DNA of 64,000 nt from Geopsychrobacteraceae bacterium (GCA_963662315.1 OY759353.1:1024001-1088000), one strand, 5' to 3'. Shown: positions 51,702 to 62,956, counted from the stretch's first letter. Translations and numbers: made by a program. Notes: a model not told the origin generated them from the letters alone.

Positions 51702-54032
51702 ATGAGCAAAACACCCCAAAAAAAACAACAGCTAAAGAAAAAATCTTTAAGTAAGAAAAAATCATTTTTAAGGCGTATTCTGGTTAAAAGCCTCGTCTTG
51801 TTTTTTACCCTGCTGGCAGTCGGAGTGGCCTACCTTGATTACACCGTGCGCGATCGTTTTGAAGGGAAGCGCTGGAAACTTCCAGCCCTGGTCTACGCCC
51901 GCCCCCTTGAACTTTATGCGGGGTTGCACATCACCCGTCAGCAACTGAATGAGGAATTATCCCTGCTTGGTTACAAGCAGGCCCCTGTCCCAGACGAACA
52001 AGGCAGTTATTGCTGGAGCAACCAGTCCATTGACCTGACAACCCGTGACTTTAATTTTGGTTCAGGTTTACGGCCGGGCATACCGATCACGCTTACTTTC
52101 TCAGGCAATACCATAAAGGAGCTCTACAGGCGTGACACTGACGCACTTGTACCGATTTATCGCCTTGATCCGGTTTTGATCGGAGGTATTTACCCGGACA
52201 AAAATGAAGATCGCATCCTGATAAAACTTGATGAAGTCCCTGCCATGGTCACCAATGCCCTGATTACAGTGGAGGACAGACGATTTTACTCTCACCATGG
52301 CATCGATCTATGGGGAATCAGCAGAGCGATTATCAATATGGCCAGCGGCGGCCCGATTCAAGGTGGCAGCACCATAACCCAGCAACTGGTCAAAAATTTT
52401 TATTTGACGTCCGAACGAACCATGCAGCGCAAAGTCATTGAAATCATCATGGCGTTGTTGCTTGAAGCTCACTACAGTAAAGATGAAATTCTGGAAAGCT
52501 ACCTTAATGAAGTTTACCTCGGACAAGATGGTAATCGCGCTATTCATGGGTTTGGTCTTGCCAGCCATTTCTACTTTAACAAAACCGTCAGTCAACTTGA
52601 CCTTCATGAAGCGACACTGCTTGTCGGGCTGTTAAAAGGTCCTTCTTATTACAATCCACGCAGCAGAACCCAACGCGCCAAGCAGAGACGAGATTTGGTG
52701 CTCAAAGAGATGGAAGAAGCTGGCGATATTTCCTGGAGCGAGCGACAACTGGCTCAAAAGCAGCCCCTTGGCGTGCTGAATCGCCCAGTCAGAGGCACCA
52801 CAAGTTTTCCTGCGTTTATGGAGGTTCTACAAGAGCAGCTACATCAGGATTATCGCGATGAAGATTTACGCTCCCAGGGACTGAAAGTATTTACCACTCT
52901 CGACCCACTGGTTCAGCAAACAGCCGAAAAATCATTACAGCTGCGGCTGCAACAACTCGAATACGACCGTGACCTTGAACAAGACAGTTTACAAGGTGCA
53001 GTCGTAATAACAAGCAGCCAGAATGCAGAAATTCAGGCTGTCGTTGGCGGCCGGAATCCACGCTTTGAAGGATTTAATCGGGCTCTTAATACCGAACGCC
53101 CAATCGGTTCTCTGATTAAGCCGGTTGTATTTCTTAGTGCGTTAAGCCAATTTGACAATTTTTCACTGGCCACCATGCTTGATGATCGCCCTCTCGTTGT
53201 TAAACAAAAGGGCAGTGCCGACTGGATACCAAACAATTTTGACCAACAAAGTCATGGTAACGTTCTTCTCCACGATGCCCTAGTAAACTCCTATAATATT
53301 GCGACCGTCCGCCTGGGACTGGACATAGGACCCGGAAGGGTTATCGAGCAGCTCGAACAACTGGGTGTTAATCGTCGTGTTCCTGTCTACCCAGCCAGTT
53401 TATTGGGGGCCAACACGCTGTCGCCTCTTGAAGTTACCCAGATGTACCAGACCTTTGCCAGTGGAGGTTTTCGTACTCCGCTTAAAGCGATCAGGGAGAT
53501 TCTGGATTATAGTGGCAAACCGTTACAACGTTACCCCCTTGAAGTAGAACAGACTCTGAACAGCGACGCTGTTTATCTGGTAACCACCGCCCTGCAGGAC
53601 GTTGTCAGCCAGGGCACGGCAAAAACAATGAAAAACTTCCTCTCTACAGATCTCGGGATTGCAGGAAAAACTGGAACGACAGATAATTTCCGCGATAGCT
53701 GGTTTGCCGGATTCACAGAAAACCGAGTCGCGGTTGTCTGGATTGGTCGGGATGACAATCAATCGACCGGTCTAACCGGAGCAAGCGGAGCCATGACCGT
53801 TTGGGGAGAGATGATGGCGCAACTGAACCCTCAGCCCCTGACTCTTGCAGAACCAGATCGGATTGAATATCATTGGATCGACAGACCAACCGGGAAATTA
53901 TCTGGCTCAGAATGTAAAGATGCCATATATCTTCCATTTATTTCCGGATCGGCTCCAACGGAACAGGCCGCCTGTGGACCAAAGTCACAACCGTCAGCCA
54001 TACGCAGCTGGCTTAAAAGGATTTTTCAATGA
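51702..54032 (+). CDS. mrcB: Penicillin-binding protein 1B
   Basis: TM helix, UB2H-like region, EDRRF..H.G, GGSTITQQLVKN, SLIK (SxxK), SYN, KTGT. Confidence 0.93.
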   Translation: MSKTPQKKQQLKKKSLSKKKSFLRRILVKSLVLFFTLLAVGVAYLDYTVRDRFEGKRWKLPALVYARPLELYAGLHITRQQLNEELSLLGYKQAPVPDEQGSYCWSNQSIDLTTRDFNFGSGLRPGIPITLTFSGNTIKELYRRDTDALVPIYRLDPVLIGGIYPDKNEDRILIKLDEVPAMVTNALITVEDRRFYSHHGIDLWGISRAIINMASGGPIQGGSTITQQLVKNFYLTSERTMQRKVIEIIMALLLEAHYSKDEILESYLNEVYLGQDGNRAIHGFGLASHFYFNKTVSQLDLHEATLLVGLLKGPSYYNPRSRTQRAKQRRDLVLKEMEEAGDISWSERQLAQKQPLGVLNRPVRGTTSFPAFMEVLQEQLHQDYRDEDLRSQGLKVFTTLDPLVQQTAEKSLQLRLQQLEYDRDLEQDSLQGAVVITSSQNAEIQAVVGGRNPRFEGFNRALNTERPIGSLIKPVVFLSALSQFDNFSLATMLDDRPLVVKQKGSADWIPNNFDQQSHGNVLLHDALVNSYNIATVRLGLDIGPGRVIEQLEQLGVNRRVPVYPASLLGANTLSPLEVTQMYQTFASGGFRTPLKAIREILDYSGKPLQRYPLEVEQTLNSDAVYLVTTALQDVVSQGTAKTMKNFLSTDLGIAGKTGTTDNFRDSWFAGFTENRVAVVWIGRDDNQSTGLTGASGAMTVWGEMMAQLNPQPLTLAEPDRIEYHWIDRPTGKLSGSECKDAIYLPFISGSAPTEQAACGPKSQPSAIRSWLKRIFQ

Positions 54033-54430
54033 TCAGGCACAAAGGGATCCTCATTTTGAACCTTGCCATCCTTCTTGCAGGCTGTACGGCCTATGCTCCC
54101 CAGCCCTCTGAAAATACAGCGATTGTCAGTCTTATTAACCAAGCCGAACAATACAGAAGTAGCGGTGACTTCGCCGCTGCCAGCACTTCATTGGAACGCG
54201 CCTTGCGCATTGAGCCAAGAAACCCGCAACTATGGTACCAGCTTGCTCAGGTGCGTATTGATCAACAGCATTATCGTCAAGCAGAAAATCTTGCTCAAAA
54301 GTCAAACACACTGAGTCAGAACAATCCACGCTTACGTAGACTCAACTGGCTACTGATCTCCAGAGCACGTAGCCTGAGCGGTGATCAGCAAGGCGCGGAA
54401 AACGCTCTGCGTAAAGCCTCTATAGACTGA
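54029..54430 (+). CDS. TPR lipoprotein, LpoP-like PBP1B activator
   Basis: Lipobox LAGC; LERALRIEPRNP.LW..LA TPR; overlaps the mrcB stop. Confidence 0.75.
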   Translation: MIRHKGILILNLAILLAGCTAYAPQPSENTAIVSLINQAEQYRSSGDFAAASTSLERALRIEPRNPQLWYQLAQVRIDQQHYRQAENLAQKSNTLSQNNPRLRRLNWLLISRARSLSGDQQGAENALRKASID

Positions 54431-54707
54431 ACATGAACCCAATTCCCTGATCATTCTCCTCCTTACTCAGGCCATGTTCATCAGCTCCTTTGATCGAGAA
54501 CTAACCTAAGAATCCTTTCTGCTTGAAATGACTATATTACCCAGAGAACTCTGCCCATATTTGAGAACAATGCCAGCAAAGAGTTATCAATAGCTGGCAT
54601 CTTTTGCTTTAGCATGAGATACTTAGAACATGTAGCGAGGTGGGGGTATCAACTCAATTTGGATTGAAGCGATCCAAATACTGTAAAATCCATCTCCGGA
54701 GAGCTGC

Positions 54708-56309
54708 ATGTATCAACGCACCTTACCAATATATATTTTCACAGAAGATCCTGAGTTTGAGCATCTCATTAAATCTGTAGCCCCACTACCACAATTTACC
54801 CACAAGGTGATCTGTCAAAGACAGATTATCGCCCCCCCTCTGGAAAGTGGAACCATCGTCATCATCGATGCCCCGGATAATAGCCAGCTCATTCAAGATT
54901 TTCACGCCACAGCAGCTTCGCAGACAACACTGATCGTCTGCCTGAGTGAAGAACGCCTATATTTGCTTAATGATATTTTTAACGTTGTTGATCACGTATG
55001 GAGTCGACCCCTTGCTGAAGATAAAATCATTAGCTCTTTTCAAAAGATCCTGACCACTATCAAAGAACGGGAAGATGCCCTTTTAACCACCTCCTACCTC
55101 GACACACTGATTAATGCTCTCCCCGACTTGATCTGGTTCAAAGATGCTCGGGGATCTCACCTGAAAATCAATAATAGCTTCTGCAAGACGGTCAATAAAA
55201 CCAAAGAACAGATTCTAGACCGTGGACATTATTATATCTGGGACATTGAACCCGATGAATATGCCCAGGGAGAATATATCTGCCTGGAATCTGAAGAGAT
55301 TGTCCTCAGCAAAAAAGAGAGTTGCCTGTTTGAAGAAACTGTCAAATGCGGCAACGAAATGCGCAAGTTCAAAACCTATAAAGCGCCGATTTTTGATATC
55401 GACGGAACCGTTATGGGGACGGTTGGCTGTGCCCATGATGTCACTGATTTGCAGAACCTGCTGATTGAGCTCAACATATTGGTCGAAAGTCTCCCTTTTG
55501 CCATTATGGTCACCGACGAAGATAAAAATATTTCCAGCGTAAACCAGAAATTCATCGATCTCTTTAAACTGCAGAAGGAAGAAGTCATCGGCCAGAGTGT
55601 TTATTATTTCATGGATGAAAACCGCACCTTTACCCGTAGCAAACGCTGGCTTTTTGAGCATGGGGAGGAAGGCACACTGCTCCTTTCAAAAGATAAAGTA
55701 TTAAAAATTCATGATGAACAACTGATCGACACTTTTGGTCAGTTGGCTGGCCACATTTACCTGTTCCTGGACATCACTATTGAATACCATATCAGGAACA
55801 AACTTTTATCCGATGCCAATACCGACTATCTGACTCAACTCAATAACCGCCGCCGCCTTCAGGATTTCATGCGCAAAACACCCTGCGGGCCAACAACGAC
55901 CCTCCTGCTGGCTGACCTTGACAACTTCAAGGAAGTGAATGATCAATATGGCCATGACGAGGGAGATAATATCCTTGTTTCCTTTGCGAATCTGTTACAG
56001 GTCTATTTCCCCAGTGAAAACCTGTTTCGCCTAGGCGGTGACGAATTTGCTATCGTTATTCCTGAGACCGACGATTTCACCCAGGTCATAAGTTACGCCG
56101 ATAGATTACTGGGTGGATTCAACAACTATATTGTCAGAAAGTTTTCTCATACCCCTATTTCTGTCAGTATCGGTATTGCCAGCAATCTGTCTCAACAGCA
56201 CGATTTTGGAGAACTTTTCAAAAGAGCCGATATGGCTCTTTATGAATCAAAAAATTGTGGAAAAAGTACTTACACAATATGGCAAGACAAGCGCAATGAA
56301 AGCCGCTAA
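54708..56309 (+). CDS. PAS-PAS-GGDEF diguanylate cyclase
   Basis: LPDLIWFKD PAS, DYLTQLNNRR, DLDNFKEVND.YGH, RLGGDEF. Confidence 0.92.
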   Translation: MYQRTLPIYIFTEDPEFEHLIKSVAPLPQFTHKVICQRQIIAPPLESGTIVIIDAPDNSQLIQDFHATAASQTTLIVCLSEERLYLLNDIFNVVDHVWSRPLAEDKIISSFQKILTTIKEREDALLTTSYLDTLINALPDLIWFKDARGSHLKINNSFCKTVNKTKEQILDRGHYYIWDIEPDEYAQGEYICLESEEIVLSKKESCLFEETVKCGNEMRKFKTYKAPIFDIDGTVMGTVGCAHDVTDLQNLLIELNILVESLPFAIMVTDEDKNISSVNQKFIDLFKLQKEEVIGQSVYYFMDENRTFTRSKRWLFEHGEEGTLLLSKDKVLKIHDEQLIDTFGQLAGHIYLFLDITIEYHIRNKLLSDANTDYLTQLNNRRRLQDFMRKTPCGPTTTLLLADLDNFKEVNDQYGHDEGDNILVSFANLLQVYFPSENLFRLGGDEFAIVIPETDDFTQVISYADRLLGGFNNYIVRKFSHTPISVSIGIASNLSQQHDFGELFKRADMALYESKNCGKSTYTIWQDKRNESR

Positions 56310-56596
56310 AAACACCATAAAAACCTCTAAACCACCATCACAACATTAAAATTGGTTCAAAACACTCATTAAAGGATAGTGTTTTCTTATATTTATTTTT
56401 GGCAATTTCCTTCATCTGCCCCTATGTCTTGACCTAATATTCACACCTTCCTGCCAAGACATTTAACACCCCCGTTCACTATCAAACCCGGATAATTTGT
56501 ACAGCCCCCCCCTTACCCTGTAACTCCAAAGTAGATATAATGACCTTATTTTATTACAATTATTACTTTTAACTCTCCCATTACGGTGACTTATTC

Positions 56597-57613
56597 ATGA
56601 CAAAAACTCGTATTCTTATTTCAGAATCCAATGATCCGTGGTTTAACCTGACCGTTGAAGATATTATTTTCCGTTCTATGCCCGCCGACCAGCGCGTCCT
56701 TTTTTTATGGCAGAATGCCGATACCGTCGTTATTGGGCGTGCCCAGAACCCCTGGCGGGAATGTAATACCAGGCGGATGAATGCAGAAGGTATAAAGCTT
56801 GCCCGCCGGCAAACAGGCGGAGGTGCGGTTTTTCACGACCTGGGGAATAGTTGCTTCACCTTTATGGCAGCCAAGCCGGAATACGACAAAACAGTCTCTA
56901 CCCAGATCGTCTTGAACGCATTACAAAAACTTGGCATTGCAGGTAAGGCAAACGGTCGCAATGATCTGGTTATCGAGGATGAAACCGGGATGCGCAAGTT
57001 CTCTGGTTCTGCCTATAAAGAGGCAAAAGATCGTGGTTTCCACCACGGCACGTTGCTCCTTAATGCTGATCTGACCCGCCTGGGCAACTATCTGAATCCT
57101 GACCCAAAGAAGCTTCAGGCCAAAGGAGTCACATCAGTCAGATCACGTGTTGTCAACCTGAGCACACTGGTCACTGATATCAATCACCAAATGATCAGTC
57201 ACGCCATCAGCGAAGCTTACCAGGACTATTATCAAATCCGTGTCACGTCGGAACCAATCGATCCGGAACACTATACCGATCTACCGGATTTCAGGGAAAA
57301 GTTTGATCTCCAAAGCAGTTGGGACTGGAATTTTGGCAAGACGCCACCATTCACTCATGCACTTGAAGAACGCTTTGAATGGGGAGGCATTGAAATACTT
57401 CTGAATGTTTTAAAAGGGAAAGTTCAGGAAGCTAAAATCTACACAGATATGCTCGACCCGCTACCGTTGGAAGCTCTCGCGGCAGCACTTAAAGGGATCC
57501 CCTACCGACCGGAAACCCTTTCTGAAACTGTAAGTGCGCTGATAAAAGATCATCCTCAATATGAGGAAGTCCTTGAATCTGTCAGGGGATGGTTAACCCA
57601 ACAGGCAGCCTGA
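56597..57613 (+). CDS. lplA: Lipoate-protein ligase A
   Basis: [43 protein letters not shown]. Confidence 0.95.
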   Translation: MTKTRILISESNDPWFNLTVEDIIFRSMPADQRVLFLWQNADTVVIGRAQNPWRECNTRRMNAEGIKLARRQTGGGAVFHDLGNSCFTFMAAKPEYDKTVSTQIVLNALQKLGIAGKANGRNDLVIEDETGMRKFSGSAYKEAKDRGFHHGTLLLNADLTRLGNYLNPDPKKLQAKGVTSVRSRVVNLSTLVTDINHQMISHAISEAYQDYYQIRVTSEPIDPEHYTDLPDFREKFDLQSSWDWNFGKTPPFTHALEERFEWGGIEILLNVLKGKVQEAKIYTDMLDPLPLEALAAALKGIPYRPETLSETVSALIKDHPQYEEVLESVRGWLTQQAA

Positions 57614-57738
57614 AGTAGAGAGTTCACCCCGGCTGACTACAGGTCAACCATGCCCCCCCCCCCGGAGGCAAGTCCTAAAGCCGTGGCTTGTTTCCGGAAA
57701 GATATCACGCATGTGCCTACGTGCAGGGAGATAACAAA

Positions 57739-58044
57739 TCAGGAGGCGTTTTCAATAATTTCAGCCAACGCATCAATCAGGTTATCAATATCTGCTAAAG
57801 ACACCTCTGAAAACCAGAGCCCTTGCGGATAGATCATCACATTAGGACCATTTTCGCAGACACCGAGACAGCCCGAGGTGGAAATACGCACCTTCCCTTT
57901 CCACCCCCTGGTAGCTGCAGCCTGTTTTAAGGTGTCTTTGATCAGGCTACTGGCACCATCAGCGCATGACTTACGTGCCCCTTTACGGTCATTCGTACAG
58001 ATGAAGACATGGGCGATAAATGGCGTTAGAGAATGTTTAATCAT
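57739..58044 (-). CDS. Thioredoxin-like [2Fe-2S] ferredoxin
   Basis: HVFIC.N.R...SC...SGCLGVC..GP..IYPQG.W. Confidence 0.9.
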   Translation of the reverse strand: MIKHSLTPFIAHVFICTNDRKGARKSCADGASSLIKDTLKQAAATRGWKGKVRISTSGCLGVCENGPNVMIYPQGLWFSEVSLADIDNLIDALAEIIENAS

Positions 58045-58156
58045 AAAAAACCCCTTATATGACTGAAAGCTGTATGAAAAAACGCACAGAACTGACTGCT
58101 ATTATCTCCCAAAGTTGAAGAATTTGTCACTCCCAGGGCAAATCCCGCTGTTTTTT

Positions 58157-59332
58157 TTAAGCCTTACTATCCCGGGTAACGATCCAGGCCAGAGGAATTG
58201 TGCCAATGCAAAAAACGGTAGCAATGCTATAGGTCATCTGCAGCCCGACACCATCACCGAGCACACCGACACAAAATACAGCGACAGAACTGACTCCAAA
58301 GTTAATAAACATATACATACTGTTCATAAAGGTCGGCATGTTGGTTCCGGTATCCTGGGTTTTAGCCAGCAGTACCGGACCAGAGGCAAACAGAAACAGA
58401 CCCAGTATGGCCAACAGAATAATGTTATTACTGATGACAAACAGCCATAGCACAACCACGGTGGCGACACTTGAAACAAGCAAAGTACTGCGACGTCCGA
58501 TTCGATCTGAAATATTACCGGCACAAAAAGTTCCGACGACACCAAAGAACTGCAGCACGGAGAGAGAAATCCCTGCATACCACAGCGAGCTCCCCTGTTG
58601 AGTCAGATAAACCGGAAGAAACAACGTCAAGGCACTTTTACCCACATTCTGAAACAGGATATAACCGGCCAGAGAGCCTAAAAATACCTTTTGTTCTTTC
58701 AGTACACGCCGAGTGTCCCCCTTTTCTTTAGCTTTGGTTAAACGTTCCGGGGCTTTATAATGGCGCAACTTTATAAACAAAATAAAAGAAGCCACCAGCC
58801 CAAGCGGAATCAGCCGATAAATACCTTCCAGCCCCCAGGCTGAGACTGCGGCAATAACCATCATTGGTCCGAGAGTACGCGCGAGCTCTCCGCCAACCAT
58901 AAAAAAACTCATACCGGTCCCTACCCGGTTTCCGGAAACGTTGCGAACCATTACCGGCGAAGGAACATGAAATAATGCCGCCGATATTCCGGCAACGAAT
59001 AGCAGAATGAACAACATGATCGTTGAATTGGCCAGCCCGACGAACCCCATACTGATAGCTGTAACTGCCGGAGCAAGAATGACAATATATTTGCTACCAG
59101 TACGTTCGACAAGAAGTCCTAAAATCGGATTAAATAATGCGGGTACCCGGCGAATGATATCAAGGAACGCGGTAACGGAAAGGGACATACCGAGTTTGGC
59201 AATTAGTAACGGTAACAAGGGAGCGAGAATGGCAGAAAACATATCATGGGCTAAATGGGCGACAGACAAAACCAGGACTTCTTTGCTTTTAAACTTTTGC
59301 GTTTCCATGATCACTGCCTTTTCTGCAAACAT
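58157..59332 (-). CDS. MFS transporter (Fsr-like)
   Basis: AHLAHD...PLLP, ALFH.P, GMSFFMVGGELA, SDRIGRR. Confidence 0.88.
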   Translation of the reverse strand: MFAEKAVIMETQKFKSKEVLVLSVAHLAHDMFSAILAPLLPLLIAKLGMSLSVTAFLDIIRRVPALFNPILGLLVERTGSKYIVILAPAVTAISMGFVGLANSTIMLFILLFVAGISAALFHVPSPVMVRNVSGNRVGTGMSFFMVGGELARTLGPMMVIAAVSAWGLEGIYRLIPLGLVASFILFIKLRHYKAPERLTKAKEKGDTRRVLKEQKVFLGSLAGYILFQNVGKSALTLFLPVYLTQQGSSLWYAGISLSVLQFFGVVGTFCAGNISDRIGRRSTLLVSSVATVVVLWLFVISNNIILLAILGLFLFASGPVLLAKTQDTGTNMPTFMNSMYMFINFGVSSVAVFCVGVLGDGVGLQMTYSIATVFCIGTIPLAWIVTRDSKA

Positions 59333-59593
59333 AGCGGGAGAAGGGCCAGAAGCAGTTTGAACAGCAACGGGTCCAGAATTATTAGTGTAAAAAAAGCTTC
59401 AGTCTGATTTTGATACACAGCGCTTACGAAACTACAGTAAACATAGATGAAATTCAATCCTCAATAAGTTACCGGATTGTCGCCCTATCTTCAGATATAA
59501 ATGATCCATGAGCTCAAGATTGTTGGCTTTCAGAATCTCGGCGTGAAACATGCATAAATTTATTCCAAAATTTATATGCGCAAGGAGGTATGA

Positions 59594-59965
59594 ATGGCCA
59601 CGGTTTGGACAACAATGGAAAAAACCCCGGAAGGACGTTTTGCAGAAACCGGTTTTCACCTGACAGAGCCGGAAAAATGGTACCGCTTTTTTACCGTTAA
59701 AGACCCGGAAGAGTTTATTGCCCACATGAAACGCTTTCACAGCCTTCCCAAAAAAGCTTTAAGTAGAGAAGATTACGAAGCCGTCTGTCAGGAAACCGGC
59801 GTAAAACCCGCAACAGATGAAGATTTGGCATTTTACGGAACGACATACAGCACCATAGGCACAAGTAACTATCATTTGCACACCGAACCCGAGAATCGCG
59901 AGGCCGCCATTGCAAATGCGTTACACACATTGCGCTATCGGGAAATCAGAAAACAAAAAGCCTGA
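59594..59965 (+). CDS. Hypothetical protein
   Basis: Strong RBS AAGGAGG before the ATG; downstream terminator. Confidence 0.7.
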   Translation: MATVWTTMEKTPEGRFAETGFHLTEPEKWYRFFTVKDPEEFIAHMKRFHSLPKKALSREDYEAVCQETGVKPATDEDLAFYGTTYSTIGTSNYHLHTEPENREAAIANALHTLRYREIRKQKA

Positions 59966-60033
59966 TCAAGCAATATTCGATTATTAGGTGGGAAGCTGTC
60001 GATATAAACGCAATTAAATAAAATATTTTTTTA

Positions 60034-60065
60034 AAGCCTGGGCTTACGCTTCAGGCTTATTTTTT
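60034..60065 (+). terminator. Intrinsic terminator between convergent genes
   Basis: AAGCCTG...CAGGCTT followed by a T-run. Confidence 0.6.
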
Positions 60066-60103
60066 CGTTTTATTTTACCAATGTTCCAGGGGACAAAAGG
60101 TCT

Positions 60104-60361
60104 TCAAGAAGCTTTCTTCAGAGAGACAGATTCAAGAGCAAGAGCGAGTTGATCAGGACAACTGGTATTGTTACGGCACTGAATTCCCTTTAAGCTACTG
60201 ATGACCTCAGAGATTGTCCTGCCCCTGACAAGCGTCGAAATTCCCTGCGCATTACCTGTGCAGCCACCGACAAAGGCGACGTTCTCAACAATATCGCCAT
60301 CAATTTCCAGAAAAATTTCACGTGCACATATACCAGTTGTTAGATAAACAATTTTAGTCAT
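60104..60361 (-). CDS. Small TSCPD-domain protein (TIGR03905-like)
   Basis: GIC...FVGGC.GN..GI...LKGIQC...TSCPDQLA. Confidence 0.9.
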   Translation of the reverse strand: MTKIVYLTTGICAREIFLEIDGDIVENVAFVGGCTGNAQGISTLVRGRTISEVISSLKGIQCRNNTSCPDQLALALESVSLKKAS

Positions 60362-60472
60362 GATCTTTCGGGAGTCCTTAGATGAGAAAATTCAAGGATG
60401 TTTAAAACCATATCTACCAAACTTTGTCAATCCTCATTCTAAAACAACAGAAGTAACCAATCAATTTTCCAT

Positions 60473-60497
60473 AAAAAACCCGGCATAAGCCGGGTTT
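60473..60497 (-). terminator. Intrinsic terminator of the trigger-factor-like gene
   Basis: AAACCCGGC-ataa-GCCGGGTTT with a U-tract on the minus strand. Confidence 0.75.
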
Positions 60498-60528
60498 AAA
60501 AAAATTGCCAATTTATGTGCAATGTTGT

Positions 60529-61578
60529 CTATTTCATATACTCAGGAAGTTGATCCAGAATGCGAACCGGCTCCCCTGCTATCAGTTCTGCTTTGCTTAG
60601 AATATAATCCATGGACTTTTCAAGGCGAATAGCATGCTGTAATTGCTCTAATGCACCGGGTGTTTCATCAATCCGCTTACGACGGTCCTCGTACTTCTTG
60701 CCGACCTCCATAATCGAACTGTCCTGCTTCATTACAGTCGTCTTGATATCTTCTTCACTGACTTCAGGGTTTATTTTCGCTGCGACTGCACCAAGCAGAA
60801 GGTTTTTACGCACCGCCTCGATCGCTTCAGGGCGAATTTCCTTTTTTGCCTGATCCAGTGATTTACCACTTGATTTCAAATAGTTATCAAAATTATTCTT
60901 GCCGACCTGCTGACGAAACTGATTCAGCATGAGCATCACCTGCTGTTCAATCACTTCTTCACGCAATGGGCATGGGTTGGTTTCAATCAGCTTCTTCATC
61001 ACCGCTGAACGTTTGTTTGTTTCATTTTTTTCATCAGCTAAGGACTGTAACGACACCTTAACCTCAGCAGCAAAATCATCAATTGTCTCGAACGGCAACG
61101 TTGAAAGCAGTTTCTCGTCATCATCGCCTGTTCCGCGTTGCTGCCGCATTCCAGTGATCTGGTGTTTGACATCATCTTCAGAGACAATAACCGGTCTATA
61201 GGTTGCTTTGAGCCCTTCATATTGTTTCAGCTTGATTTCTGGTTCAATCGCAACCCGGATTTCAACGAGACAGGGCTCCCCCAATTTGGTTTCTTTAGGA
61301 ACAATTTCAGGGTAAGTCATCGGTGTTAAACCGAGCTCTTTTATGGCTTTCATGTAGTACGTCGGTAAAACCTTGTTCAGCCCCTGGCTGGCAATACGGT
61401 TAAGTTCGGGGTGTTGACCCAGCATGGCACGATTACTCAACGGTACCCCGCTGTTAACCTCTTTCCCGTCATTTTCCTTGAGAAACTCTTCCATAATGGC
61501 AGCTTCAATTGTTTCAGCATCTATCTCAATGGTGAAAATCGCCTCTTCTTTGTTTGACTTGATCAACTTGACTGACAT
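60529..61578 (-). CDS. Trigger-factor-like chaperone lacking the FKBP PPIase domain
   Basis: N-domain and linker (PEIKLKQYEGL...VSEDDV) joined directly to a SurA-like C-domain (EIRPEA..AVRKNLLL.AVA...VSEEDI); 349 aa. Confidence 0.75.
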   Translation of the reverse strand: MSVKLIKSNKEEAIFTIEIDAETIEAAIMEEFLKENDGKEVNSGVPLSNRAMLGQHPELNRIASQGLNKVLPTYYMKAIKELGLTPMTYPEIVPKETKLGEPCLVEIRVAIEPEIKLKQYEGLKATYRPVIVSEDDVKHQITGMRQQRGTGDDDEKLLSTLPFETIDDFAAEVKVSLQSLADEKNETNKRSAVMKKLIETNPCPLREEVIEQQVMLMLNQFRQQVGKNNFDNYLKSSGKSLDQAKKEIRPEAIEAVRKNLLLGAVAAKINPEVSEEDIKTTVMKQDSSIMEVGKKYEDRRKRIDETPGALEQLQHAIRLEKSMDYILSKAELIAGEPVRILDQLPEYMK

Positions 61579-62073
61579 GTGCTGACTCCTTGATAGAATG
61601 ATTTCATACAGGGACTGACCATGACACGTGTGTCATTTTGAGAATATCCCCGATTCTGTAAATATCGTCATTGATAAATACTTTAAACAGCATTCTGACG
61701 ATGTCAAAAAGTTCCTCTTTTTCAGCTTGTTAACAGGCAAAACAAGAGGCTTGCCAGCCTGTTTCAGATTGAGACTTGACCAACTGTAGCAGGGTTTCAG
61801 TCTCAATATCGGCCAATGGGAAGGAACAAACAATTTACGCAGGCATATATAGCAAAAAACAAGCCCACCCAAAATACCCGACACCAGTAAAGATCAAAAG
61901 ACCCATTTCACGTCAGGGTTCTACTGTTTCAAAATAATATGATTATTATCCCCGTTCAATTTGACAGCAGACCATTTGGATTTAGAATCTACCTGTAACG
62001 ACCGAATAATCAAGCCGTCTACCACACCGACGGAGATATTTAAAGTCGCCTATTCAAAACCGAGGAGTCTCTG

Positions 62074-62421
62074 ATGAAGAAAGTGGCCCTGTTTGTCTTT
62101 AACGGTGATCCAATGTGCTTTATTCATGTGCTACTTAACGCTCTTGATATGCATGCCAAGGGCTACACCACTAAAATCATCATAGAGGGTGCTGCAGTTA
62201 AACTCATTTCTGAGCTACCTGAAACCAGCTATCCCCTGCATGGTCTGTGGGAAAAATGTCTCGCCGCGGGGCTGATCGAAGGCGTGTGCAAAGCCTGTGC
62301 TGCAAAATTAGGGACCCTGGATGCTGCGCAGGAGCTGGAACTACCAATACTGGGAGAAATGTCTGGACACCCCGGCATGACACATTACATGGACCTGGGA
62401 TTCGAAGTTATCAGTTTCTAA
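62074..62421 (+). CDS. DsrE-like protein
   Basis: MCFIHVLLNALDM...IIEG...VCKACA...MSGHP. Confidence 0.75.
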   Translation: MKKVALFVFNGDPMCFIHVLLNALDMHAKGYTTKIIIEGAAVKLISELPETSYPLHGLWEKCLAAGLIEGVCKACAAKLGTLDAAQELELPILGEMSGHPGMTHYMDLGFEVISF

Positions 62422-62551
62422 ACAGGCTAGCCTTATCAAAAATTAACAACTTGACACCGTAGCATTCTTTTTTCGTGTACCACTGGTAATCGATTCAATA
62501 GATCTCTTAAGATGATAAATTATTTCTCTACACTTTTAACCGATATGAGGC

Positions 62552-62956
62552 TTGGTCATGAACAATCAGCTGGAATTCTATGCCAACAAACTTCAATATG
62601 AAATCGACTCCTGGGACCTGCAGAACCTTATGAATACGCATTCTGCCGTTATCGTTATTGATGCCAGATCCCCCGAAGCCTTTGTGCAGGAACATATTCC
62701 CGGGGCCATAAATATTCCCCACCGGATGATGACCCAAGAAACAACGGCCACCCTCGATAAGCAGGCGTTGATTGTTACCTATTGCGATGGCATTGGTTGT
62801 AATGCTTCAACCAAAGGGGCACTCAATATGACCAGGCTCGGATTTCAGGTCAAAGAGTTGATGGGCGGGCTTGACTGGTGGAAACGGGACGGCTACTCTA
62901 CAGCCGGTCAAAGTTGCACCCCGACTGCCGGTCAATCTGCTTGTGGGTGTAATTAA
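62552..62956 (+). CDS. Rhodanese-like domain protein
   Basis: IDARS...HIPGAINIP, YCDGIGCNAS, GGLDWW. Confidence 0.92.
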   Translation: MVMNNQLEFYANKLQYEIDSWDLQNLMNTHSAVIVIDARSPEAFVQEHIPGAINIPHRMMTQETTATLDKQALIVTYCDGIGCNASTKGALNMTRLGFQVKELMGGLDWWKRDGYSTAGQSCTPTAGQSACGCN

